From assembly GCA_030754595.1 (NCBI GenBank), contig JASLZZ010000134.1:1-43232 (forward strand): 43,232 bases of DNA, read 5' to 3'. Below, piece by piece: positions 30,891 to 39,687 of this stretch; the stretch's first letter is position 1, and every line of letters begins with the position of its first letter. Position numbers and translations under genes: made by a program. The notes below the pieces were generated by a model. That model was not told where the DNA came from, searched no databases, and saw only the letters and a program-made list of their open reading frames with translations. This DNA comes from Nitrospinota bacterium. GTDB lineage: Bacteria; UBA8248.

Positions 30891-33763
30891 TCGGTCATCT
30901 TGAAGGCACCGGGCTGGGGCTTGTTGGGGCGGTTGAACCACAGGGGCCGTCTGAGGCCTCCGGGCCCGGGCGCGGGGCGGGTCAGCTCGAGCCATTTTTT
31001 GTAGTGGGCGTAACTTTTCTCGGTGTCCACCTCGATGTCGCCGTATCGCTCGTGCGGGGCTGCCTTGTGGACCTTCACGGGTTGATGCCAGCAGTGCATC
31101 CCGCTCACGGGGTCGGGGTTGACCGGGAAGGCGAGGTTCTGGTTCACCCCCACCTCTCGCCACCAGATGCGCGAGGTGTCGGGGTCCTCGCTCTCGAAGG
31201 GCTCGGCCCCGTGAATCTGGCGCATGGCGTAGCGGCCCTCCTCTTTCTCGTCGATTCGCACGAGCGAGGAGGCGATCCGGGGTGCCCCCATGGTTTCGGA
31301 GAGGCGCCAGCGCCCGAGGTGGTGGGCCATGGCAACGATGCCGGGCTTGAGGCCCTCGGTCGCCCAACAGCGGGTGACGTAGTGGCCGATCGGGGTCTCG
31401 ACGCGGACCAGGCCGCCCGTCGCCACCCCGATTCGCCGGGCGTCGGAGGGGTGGATCCACAGCGGATTATTGTGGGTGATCTCGTAGAGCCACTTCACGG
31501 CCGAGCGCGTGTGAATCAGGGTGGGCAGGCGGTAGTTGGGCAGCAGGTCGAACTCGTTGGCCGAGCGGTCCATATCGCGCCAGTAGACATGGGTCTTCAC
31601 GTAGCGGGGTAGGGCCTGCTCGGGCCACTTCCATTCGGCCATGGTGGGGCTGTAAAACTCGAGCTTGCGCGAGGGCGTGCCAAAACCGGCCCGCGCCGCC
31701 CCCCGGCTCATGTTGCCCACCGCCTTGCCCTCCTTGCGGAGTGTCCCGCTCGCCTCGTCCACCTCAGCGCCCTCGAGGGCGTCCGGGGCCAGCTCACGCA
31801 TGTGGACCTCGCAAACTTTGTCCTCGGGGGTGAATACCCCGTAGCGGCGCATGTATTCGAGCGGGGCCAGGCCCTCTTTTTCGGCCGCCTCGGGCAGGCC
31901 CGGCACGTTATTCTCGAACATGTAGCGATAGTACTCATCGACGGTGATCTTCTCGCCCGTCCGGTAGGGGCTCTCGAAGTAGCGCCGGATGCCCAGTTTC
32001 CCGTCCGGGTCGATGCGCCAGGAGAGCTCGATGTGGAGTTCGTCCTCCTCCCAAACCTCACCCGGGTTCGTCTCGCGGCTGTCGGCGATGGTCTCGCCGA
32101 GGCGTTCCCTGGCCGCGCGCATGACGGGCTGGCGGAGGCCCACCCAGCGGGCCGGGTGCGTTTCCTGGCTCTGGTTGTCGTGGCGCTCGGTGGCGATGCC
32201 CATCGGCAGGACGTAGTCGGCGAACCAGGCCGTCTCGTTCCAGGTCGGAGTCAGCGCGACGTGGCAGCCCATCCGGTCGTGGTTCTTGAGCATCTCGATC
32301 CACATGAAACCGTCCGGGTTCGTCCACACCGGGTTGTAGACCCGGGTGAAGTAGGTATCCACCTTATGGCCTTTTTCGCGCATGAGGTGGGGCATCAAAA
32401 AACTCATCTCGTAGTGGGCCAGGGGATACTCGGGCGGGTAGAGCAGCTCGTTCCACTCCCCAGGGCCCGGCGCCGGGTTCGGGTGGGCCGGGGCGAACTT
32501 GTGCCAGCCCGCCAGGTGGGTGCCCCCCACCGTGCCCACCGCCCCCGTCAGGGAGGGCAGCAGATGGAGGCATCGGGCGATCTGCCAGCCGTGGAGGTTG
32601 CCCGTCGCCGCCGCGCGCCAGACGTGAACGCTCAGCCGGCTGCCCGCCCGAGCCACGGCCTGGGCCGCCTCGGCGATCCGGTCGGCAGCGACGCCCGTCT
32701 CCTCGGCCGCATAGGCGAAGGTGAACTCGGCGTATTCTTCCTTCATCCGTGTGACGAAATTCTCAAAGGTGGCCTCATCGCCCGGATGGAGCGCCGCCAT
32801 GTACTCGCCCCAGTTGAACCACTCCTCGACGAACTCGGCGTCGAACTGCCCGGTCTCGAGCAGGTGGCGCGCGAAGGCCAGCAGGATCGCCGATTCGGTC
32901 CCGCTGTAGGCCGGCAGCCAGTGGTCCGCCTTCGCCGCCGTGTTCGATAGCCTCGGGTCGATCACGATGAGTTGCGCGCCCGCCGAGTGGGCCTCGATGA
33001 TCCGCTGGGCCGAGGGGTTGTAGTAATGGCCCGTGTCGAGGTGGCTCGAGATCAGCAGAATGGTCTCGGCGTTCGTGAAATCCGGCGAGGGGCGGTCCCC
33101 CCCGTTCCAGAGCACCTGGCCGATGCGTGCCGAGGAGCTGCACACGTTGGTGTGGCTGTTGTGTCCGTCCACCCCCCACGAGGCCAGGGTGTGGAACATG
33201 AAGCCGTCCTCGCCCGGGCGCCCTACGTGGTAGACGATCTCGTTGCGGCGCTCTTCGATGATGGCCTTACGGATTCGCCCGGCGATGTCGTCGAGCGCCT
33301 CGTCCCAGCTCACCCGCTCCCACTTGCCCTCGCCCCGCTCGCCTGCCCGTTTCATCGGGTACATAATCCGGTCCGGGTCGTAGATCTGGTTTACCGTCAC
33401 CCAGCCCTTCGCGCAGTTGCGCCCCCGCGAGGCCGGGTGAAGGGGGTTGCCCTCGATCTTGCGGATCTTCAGGTCGTCCTTGTCCACGTAGGCCAAAAGC
33501 CCGCAGCCGGCCTCGCAGTTGAAGCACAGCGTCGGAACCAGCATGTAGTTGCGCCGCACCTTATCGGGCCAGTGTGTGCTCTCGTACTCGTGCCAATCGT
33601 CCCACTTCTCCGGAGAGGGGTAGGAGACGAGCGGGCCGTTCGCGCATATATGGTTCTCCTGGCCAGCCGGCGCCGAGGGAGCCCCGGCGGTCAGCAAGTC
33701 CGGCCGACCGAGAGATGCGATGTCCCGCGCTCCCCGGGCCGACTGAAGATGAGGCGCTGCCAT
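30887..33763 (-). CDS. Molybdopterin (DMSO reductase superfamily) oxidoreductase catalytic subunit
   Basis: FS0 motif CFNCEAGC...NCAKG, WERVSWDEAL, HTNVCSS (candidate Cys Mo ligand), ADYVLP and a C-terminal MGD-binding domain. Confidence 0.93.
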   Translation of the reverse strand: MAAPHLQSARGARDIASLGRPDLLTAGAPSAPAGQENHICANGPLVSYPSPEKWDDWHEYESTHWPDKVRRNYMLVPTLCFNCEAGCGLLAYVDKDDLKIRKIEGNPLHPASRGRNCAKGWVTVNQIYDPDRIMYPMKRAGERGEGKWERVSWDEALDDIAGRIRKAIIEERRNEIVYHVGRPGEDGFMFHTLASWGVDGHNSHTNVCSSSARIGQVLWNGGDRPSPDFTNAETILLISSHLDTGHYYNPSAQRIIEAHSAGAQLIVIDPRLSNTAAKADHWLPAYSGTESAILLAFARHLLETGQFDAEFVEEWFNWGEYMAALHPGDEATFENFVTRMKEEYAEFTFAYAAEETGVAADRIAEAAQAVARAGSRLSVHVWRAAATGNLHGWQIARCLHLLPSLTGAVGTVGGTHLAGWHKFAPAHPNPAPGPGEWNELLYPPEYPLAHYEMSFLMPHLMREKGHKVDTYFTRVYNPVWTNPDGFMWIEMLKNHDRMGCHVALTPTWNETAWFADYVLPMGIATERHDNQSQETHPARWVGLRQPVMRAARERLGETIADSRETNPGEVWEEDELHIELSWRIDPDGKLGIRRYFESPYRTGEKITVDEYYRYMFENNVPGLPEAAEKEGLAPLEYMRRYGVFTPEDKVCEVHMRELAPDALEGAEVDEASGTLRKEGKAVGNMSRGAARAGFGTPSRKLEFYSPTMAEWKWPEQALPRYVKTHVYWRDMDRSANEFDLLPNYRLPTLIHTRSAVKWLYEITHNNPLWIHPSDARRIGVATGGLVRVETPIGHYVTRCWATEGLKPGIVAMAHHLGRWRLSETMGAPRIASSLVRIDEKEEGRYAMRQIHGAEPFESEDPDTSRIWWREVGVNQNLAFPVNPDPVSGMHCWHQPVKVHKAAPHERYGDIEVDTEKSYAHYKKWLELTRPAPGPGGLRRPLWFNRPNKPQPGAFKMTE

Positions 33764-33785
33764 TGAGCGGTTCTCCTTATTTCTC

Positions 33786-35306
33786 TTATGAAAGGGGGAC
33801 GGCCTGACCGGCCTTCACCCAAACTCTATCCCAGTAATAAGCTCCGGCCACGGCGAGTATCGCCGCCGTGAGGGCGCCCATGCCGCCCACGCCGCACCAC
33901 CAGATCAAAATGACCGGAACGGCGCAGCCCATCGCAATCGCTCCGCCCCAGAATTCGTTTTTGAGCGGGCCGTCGACCAGAAGCGCCACCGCACGCTCGA
34001 GGGCGGCCGGGCCCGTGCGGTGGGCGAGGGTCGAGAAAATCAGGATCGCCAGGTGGACCAGGAGCGCTCCCGTCAGCACCGATCCCAAGAATAGGAGGGC
34101 TGGAATTTTGTCGGCGACAGGGAAGATGGTGGTGAAGAAGATGAGGCCTGCCGCCCCCTTCACCACCGTCTGGGCGGCGATGTCCACGGTGTTCTCGCTG
34201 CCCCGCCACAGATCCCGCGCCGCCGCCTGGGCGAAGAAAAATCCGGTGTAGATCGAGGTCAGCGCCGCCGCCGCCAGCGTGGGCCAAAGGAGCGTCTCCA
34301 GCGCCCCACGCGAGCCCGCCAGCGCCCCCAGGACCCATAAAGCCGTGAGTACCCCGTCGAGCGCGATAAAATACGTGCCCAACGACATCCAACTGCCCCA
34401 GTTGGGACGGATGAGGATGTAGTAGAACCGCTCGGGGCGCTTCAGATCGGTGACGAGGAGCGCGCCGGTCGCCGCGAGAAGTATCCCGCTCAGGATCGGC
34501 GCCCAGATCGCGAAGAGGGAGCTTTCGTAGCCCAACCGCCACATGATCAGAGCCAGGATCAGTAATCCCGCGCTCAGCCCCTTCATCATCAGGTAACCGA
34601 TGATCTTCCGATCCCACGGTATATTATGGAAGACGTCATACACCGTTCGGCTCTCGCCCGGCTTATTTTCCCACTCGGGAACCATGTCTTGGGTCTGTTC
34701 GTCGGCCTCGCCCTGCTTGTAGATGCCCGATTGACCGGCGGCGGTGGGGTCGAGTGTTTGGCGGCTTCCCTTGAAGTAGTAGATGTTGGGCGAGGTGTTG
34801 TATTCGGCCTTGCGCACCGTTACGGCTTCGCGCGCGATCAGGCCCGAGAGCCGTGAGTCGGCGTCCTCGCGGTCCCCGAAAATCCGGCACTGCGTCGGGC
34901 AAACCACCACGCAGGCCGGCTCCAGGCCCGCCTCGAGGCGGTTCGAGCAAAAATTGCACTTCTCGGCCGTGTTCGTGTTCGGGTCGATGAACAATTGGTC
35001 GTAGGGGCACGCCACCATGCACGCCTTGCAGCCGATGCACCACGAGGGGTCAAGGTCCACGATGCCGTCGGGACGCCGGAAAAGCGCTCCCGTCGGGCAG
35101 ATGCTCCGGCAGGGCGCGGCCGAGCACTGGTTGCACAGAACCGGCAGAAACTCCCGGCGCGTGTCCGGGAAATATCCCTTCTCCACCTCCTTCACCCAGC
35201 ACCGCCAAACGCCAATCGGTATCTCGTGCTCGCTCTTGCACGCTATCGTGCACGCGTGGCATCCGATGCACTGGCTCAGGTCTATCGCCATCCCGTATCG
35301 GGCCAT
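33786..35306 (-). CDS. Four-cluster 4Fe-4S protein (NrfC/PsrB-like) fused to an NrfD/PsrC-type membrane anchor
   Basis: CIGCHAC..C, CNQC..PC..ICP, CIGCKAC..CP, KCNFC..PAC..CP, then about 8 TM helices with DLKRPERF and SWM. Confidence 0.92.
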   Translation of the reverse strand: MARYGMAIDLSQCIGCHACTIACKSEHEIPIGVWRCWVKEVEKGYFPDTRREFLPVLCNQCSAAPCRSICPTGALFRRPDGIVDLDPSWCIGCKACMVACPYDQLFIDPNTNTAEKCNFCSNRLEAGLEPACVVVCPTQCRIFGDREDADSRLSGLIAREAVTVRKAEYNTSPNIYYFKGSRQTLDPTAAGQSGIYKQGEADEQTQDMVPEWENKPGESRTVYDVFHNIPWDRKIIGYLMMKGLSAGLLILALIMWRLGYESSLFAIWAPILSGILLAATGALLVTDLKRPERFYYILIRPNWGSWMSLGTYFIALDGVLTALWVLGALAGSRGALETLLWPTLAAAALTSIYTGFFFAQAAARDLWRGSENTVDIAAQTVVKGAAGLIFFTTIFPVADKIPALLFLGSVLTGALLVHLAILIFSTLAHRTGPAALERAVALLVDGPLKNEFWGGAIAMGCAVPVILIWWCGVGGMGALTAAILAVAGAYYWDRVWVKAGQAVPLS

Positions 35307-35542
35307 GATGGTCCTCTTTTTGAAAAAAGTCGCGGCCGAAGTCCAGCCTTGTCCGCGAGAGTCGCCGCCGCGCGCCTCACTTTTCAGGAGCCGGAAGAGC
35401 GAAACCCTAGCTAGTTTTCCGAAAAATTAGCGGAAAGCATGAAGGTTTGGCTGCGGCGTTCGCGGCGTCCCTGTCTCAGCGCACAGCGAAAGAATAACGT
35501 AGCGCGCCTAGAGAACCCGTGGACACAATGGTATGCGCCGTA

Positions 35543-35571
35543 AATTTAAAGGGGTGGAAGGGAAGTGTCAA
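35543..35571 (-). promoter_or_regulatory. Sigma70-type promoter for the molybdoenzyme operon
   Basis: Minus strand TTGACA-N17-TAAATT, about 235 nt upstream of the ATG at 35306. Confidence 0.6.
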
Positions 35572-35621
35572 TTCCCGGGAGGGGGTTTCGGCGCCTGGTT
35601 TCTGCCCCAATAATTTGTACC

Positions 35622-36545
35622 TTAGCCGCTCTCCGTCATGGGGAAGATACGGTTGAGTGTTTCGTTGACCGGAGCGAGGGCAAAGGGAAGCTCGCTTTTA
35701 GCGGACGCTCCCGCGGGCTCTATATGTTCGGTGAAGATGGTGTCCAGGGCGGCGCGGTCGCTCCCGGTGGCCGGGGACACTGCTTCGGTGGCCCACCCCG
35801 CGAGACGGGCCAGGAGTTTCGGGACGGGAAAGAGCTTGGGCTGCTTGCCGAGCCGTCTGGCTACGCGGCCAATGAGATCGGCATAGGTCACCGTATCGGG
35901 CCCGGAGAGGCCCATGGTTTGCACGGGCATCGGAGGGGCGGATAGCACCCACTCGATAGCGGCGATGACATCGGATTGGGACACGGACTGGACGCGAACC
36001 GAGCCTCCGCCGACGAGGGGAGCGATGGGAGCCCGGACCTTCAGGAGAATACGTTCGAGCGACTCATTCCCTTGGCCGAGAATCATCGGCACCCGGAAGA
36101 TTGCGCCCGGCAGGGCCGCGTCGAGAATCCTTTTTTCGGCGATTCCCTTAGACTGCAAAAATCCGTTCCTGGCGTCCAGGTCGGAGCCGGGATGACTCAA
36201 AAAGACAAAGCACCTCAGATGGATACCCTTGACGGCTTCTAGAAGAGCCAGGGTTGTTCCGCAATTGGACTCCCAGAGGCTTTCGCCTGGGCGGGTTTTG
36301 AGCCCTCCGGCGAAGTGGACTATGGCCTCGGCGCCCTCGACGGCTTCCCGAAGGGAAAGGGGGTTCGAGTAGTCTATCTCGATCAGTTCGGCGGCCAGGG
36401 GACGCAACGCCTCCGCTCTGGCCACGCTGCGGACGAGCGCACGAATCCTCCTCGGAACGATGTCCGAGCCCTGGCTGAAGTGTTGAATCAGGGCTTGTCC
36501 GACGGCGCCGTTTGCGCCCGTGACCACGATGTCGATGGGATTCAC
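35622..36545 (-). CDS. NAD(P)-binding atypical SDR (epimerase/NDUFA9-like)
   Basis: IVVTGANGAVG Rossmann motif and FLQSKGIAE. A GTG start at 36545 behind GGGGGA is likely; the ORF-track start is 36740. Confidence 0.85.
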   Translation of the reverse strand: MNPIDIVVTGANGAVGQALIQHFSQGSDIVPRRIRALVRSVARAEALRPLAAELIEIDYSNPLSLREAVEGAEAIVHFAGGLKTRPGESLWESNCGTTLALLEAVKGIHLRCFVFLSHPGSDLDARNGFLQSKGIAEKRILDAALPGAIFRVPMILGQGNESLERILLKVRAPIAPLVGGGSVRVQSVSQSDVIAAIEWVLSAPPMPVQTMGLSGPDTVTYADLIGRVARRLGKQPKLFPVPKLLARLAGWATEAVSPATGSDRAALDTIFTEHIEPAGASAKSELPFALAPVNETLNRIFPMTESG

Positions 36546-36775
36546 TCCCCCCGGTTGCCCGTCTTCGAGGCGGGAGATTTTCGATTGGTTAAGAACGCTT
36601 CGCGGCAAAGGGGCCGTCCGGCCTGGGCCATCCGGCCGAATGGCCCCCCCGGGAATCATCCCACCTTCTCCGAGACCGTGCCAGAGGGCGGGAAGGGAAG
36701 GGCCCCTCAGATTTATCCCGGACACAAGGTATACTGCCACTCCCAGGTATTCTACAACGCCCCGGCGGAGGTAGC

Positions 36776-37351
36776 GTGCTAACTCTCGATATCGGTTGCG
36801 GCAGACAAAAGGAGGCCGGAGCCATCGGCCTTGACATGAACCCGGCCACGGACGCCGACGTGCTGGCGGACGTATCGTCGAGCCCGCTCCCCGTACGCCC
36901 CGAAAGCGTCGATCGCATATTCATTCGCCACATTATCGAGCACGTCGATTCCCCGCTTCGCTTCATGGAGGAGCTCCATGCCGCCGCCCGCGATGGGGCC
37001 AAGATCGAGGGCGTAACACCTCATTTCTCGAACCCCTGCTCGTTCGCCGATCCGACCCACAAACACCATTTTTCCCTTATGTTCCTGAATTTTTTTTCCG
37101 GTGACGGGGAAAGGGCCTCATCGGGGTGGCGCCTGTGGGCGAACCGGTTTCTGGAATGCTACTACCCGCCGATTCCCTTCTACACGCGGGCGCGTTTTGA
37201 GATCATCGAGCGAAGGATCACCTTTTGCCGCCTCCACAGGTGGATCGGGGTAGCCTGGCTGGCGAACAAGTTCCCGGAAATCTGGGAATTTCATTTCTCG
37301 GGATTCTTCAGAGCGCGGGATATCGTCTTTAGGCTGCGCGTCCGAAAATGA
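36776..37351 (+). CDS. Class I SAM-dependent methyltransferase
   Basis: LDIGCG motif I, HIIEHV and DPTH; GGAGG RBS. Confidence 0.88.
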   Translation: MLTLDIGCGRQKEAGAIGLDMNPATDADVLADVSSSPLPVRPESVDRIFIRHIIEHVDSPLRFMEELHAAARDGAKIEGVTPHFSNPCSFADPTHKHHFSLMFLNFFSGDGERASSGWRLWANRFLECYYPPIPFYTRARFEIIERRITFCRLHRWIGVAWLANKFPEIWEFHFSGFFRARDIVFRLRVRK

Positions 37352-37447
37352 GCGCGAGGCCGAGACCCGCTTTTTTCTGAAATTCACGCAATTCGGTTAT
37401 GTTCACACGATTCGATAATTCGCGCCGACTCGATTTCCAGTCCGGCC

Positions 37448-38683
37448 TTACGCCTCAATCACGCGGAAGTGCCTATCCTGCGGAATGAGCCGCTCCCAGC
37501 CGTCTTTTTTGACGATGACGGAATATTCGATCTGGTAGCCGCCGAATCCGGCGGTCCCCCCGGGCGCCTCGATATTGATCGTGGCGTTTTCGGGTAGCGG
37601 GATTTCCGATGTGGGGGGCAGAAACGGCCGGTCGTATTTGGCCTCGTCGCTCAGGATGAAGGGGAACTCGCGCGCCTCGAGCCCGACGGTGTGGCCGGCG
37701 AAGGGGCTGTTGAATTCCGGCATGCCGGCTTCGTGGATGCCGTCGCGGAGAGCGTGGAAAATCTGCTGGCCGGTGCATCCTTCCTTGATGACATTGAGCG
37801 CTTCGTGAAAACCGGTGTCGATGGCTTTCCACTCTTTCTGGGCTTTTTCGGGGGGCTCTCCGATGCAGCCGCATGAGCCGGTGTCGGCATTGTAGTTTTT
37901 GAAAAACAGCCCGGCGTCGAACATGAACAAGTCGCCCTTTACTAGCTTCCGCCCGGTCGGAGGGAATATGTAAGCGCTGCGTGGGCCGCTGTTGAAGTGG
38001 AACCAGTGCCACATCCCGCCGGGCCGGGCGACATTCTCCCGCCATATCTCGGCCACATCGTTTTCGCTCATGCCGGGGCGGAGGCTGGCGAATACCGCGG
38101 AGATAGCGTCCTCGTTCACCTGCGCGGCCGCCCGGAGGCGCTCGAGCTCCTCGGGCATCTTGACGAGGCGAATCATCAGGAAAAGGTTCGAACCGGGGAT
38201 GAACTCACATCCGGGAAGCGATTTCTTGAGTGACTCGAAGAGCGAGGGAGGACAGCCCCCATCGTCGAGAGCGATTCGACCCCGGGTGATTCCCCTGGCC
38301 TTAAGCGCCGCGAGGAGAGCGTCAAGGACGGTATTATGCCTTCCGCCGCTTTCGGTAAGCTCCTGGAAGCGTTTCTGCTCGTCGTTGGCGGGCTCGAAAT
38401 CCTCCGGGAAGATGACGCCGGGGATGCCTCCGTAGCTGTAAATGCGCTCGGGATAGCCCCCATAGGCGGCGAAATAGGTGTTGTCCGAGCGGGTGAGGAT
38501 GAGGTCGGTCCCGGCTTCGGAGTTGTTAGTCATGACGGCGTAGCTCTGGAGGCTCCTGTAGACGCGCTGGGCCCATCCCACGTGGCCTGTCAGGTAGGTT
38601 ACATTCTCGAGGGTGGTCCCGATGATTGCGGTCAGGTCATGCTCGGCCATAAGGGCGAGCGCACGTTCTTTGTTCAGGAGCAT
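37448..38683 (-). CDS. M24-family (Xaa-Pro peptidase/creatinase-fold) metallohydrolase
   Basis: Creatinase-like N-domain (ENVTYLTG), RLVKMPEE, and metal ligands in MFD, NAD, GHTVG, NIE and QIE; ATG at 38683. Confidence 0.88.
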   Translation of the reverse strand: MLLNKERALALMAEHDLTAIIGTTLENVTYLTGHVGWAQRVYRSLQSYAVMTNNSEAGTDLILTRSDNTYFAAYGGYPERIYSYGGIPGVIFPEDFEPANDEQKRFQELTESGGRHNTVLDALLAALKARGITRGRIALDDGGCPPSLFESLKKSLPGCEFIPGSNLFLMIRLVKMPEELERLRAAAQVNEDAISAVFASLRPGMSENDVAEIWRENVARPGGMWHWFHFNSGPRSAYIFPPTGRKLVKGDLFMFDAGLFFKNYNADTGSCGCIGEPPEKAQKEWKAIDTGFHEALNVIKEGCTGQQIFHALRDGIHEAGMPEFNSPFAGHTVGLEAREFPFILSDEAKYDRPFLPPTSEIPLPENATINIEAPGGTAGFGGYQIEYSVIVKKDGWERLIPQDRHFRVIEA

Positions 38684-38881
38684 GATTTTTCCCCTCTTTA
38701 AAGAAAAATATAAAAGGAATTCTACCGGCTCAAATGTGTTTGAAGTTACACCAGGAGGCTCCGGATGACCAGCCGAAATCGGTCTCTCGGTGAAGTTGAG
38801 AAATGAGCCAAAGGTGCCTATAACCAAGGAAGCGGCCTCTCGCCGGGGGGACGCCTGAATCGCCGATTGAGGAGCCAACCC

Positions 38882-39457
38882 ATGACGCTCGACCGTTCGG
38901 CGGCCGAGGAGTTGTTATTCGAGTGGACCCAGAGCCCTAGTCTTCGGGCGCATGCAAGGGGCGTTGAGGCCTGCATGCGCGCCTATGCCCGCCAATTCGA
39001 CGAGGACGAGGAGCTGTGGGGCGTGACCGGTCTCCTCCACGACCTCGACTACGAAAAACACCCCACCGAGCAGGAGCATCCCCAGATAGGTTGCGGGGTT
39101 TTGAAGGAAAAAGGATATCCGGAGCCGATGCTTCAGGCCATTTTGGGCCATGCCGAGTATCTGGGGGTCCCCCGCGAAAGTCAGATGGCTCAGGCCCTTT
39201 TCGCGGTCGACGAACTCGTGGGCCTTATCACGGCGGTGGCGCTGGTCCGGCCGAGCAAGGATATCCGGGAGGTCCAGCCCAAGAGCATTAAGAAGAAATG
39301 GAAGGACAAGGCCTTTGCCAAAGGGGTCAACCGGGCAGATATTGAGAAGGGGGCCGAGGAATTGGGCGTCTCCCTCGCCCACCACATTGGATATTCTCTT
39401 GAGGCGATGAAATCGGTTGCCTCCGAACTGGGCCTTGATGGCTCCGATCCCCGGTGA
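38882..39457 (+). CDS. HD-domain (HDIG-like) metal-dependent phosphohydrolase
   Basis: LRAH, GLLHDLDYE, ILGH, DELVG and KDKAFA; ATG at 38882 behind AGGAG. Confidence 0.9.
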   Translation: MTLDRSAAEELLFEWTQSPSLRAHARGVEACMRAYARQFDEDEELWGVTGLLHDLDYEKHPTEQEHPQIGCGVLKEKGYPEPMLQAILGHAEYLGVPRESQMAQALFAVDELVGLITAVALVRPSKDIREVQPKSIKKKWKDKAFAKGVNRADIEKGAEELGVSLAHHIGYSLEAMKSVASELGLDGSDPR

Positions 39458-39687
39458 GAGGGGATAAATATGACTAAACTGCCCCTATTTCGATTGACGG
39501 TTCCGGCTGTTTTCATTGATAATCCACCGCTGCGGGCATGCTGTTGAAAAATCAGTTGTTGACCGCGATTGAGCCGGGAGGAGTTTTGAACCGGACTTCG
39601 GGATATTAAGAAGGATTCAGGTCTCCCGAGCGATGTGTTCTCGAGACCGATCATATTGAGGAAATAGTAAGAGGAATTCAAAAAAAC

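Noticed and set aside
30891..31460. N-terminal 190 aa of the 406-aa ORF 30240..31460
   Set aside because: Out-of-frame overlap with the catalytic subunit; the TorD-like protein starts at the ATG at 30890.
35307..35542. Moco/Wco riboswitch call
   Set aside because: The conserved elements of those motifs were not recognised by eye, so it is reported only as an unexplained long leader.
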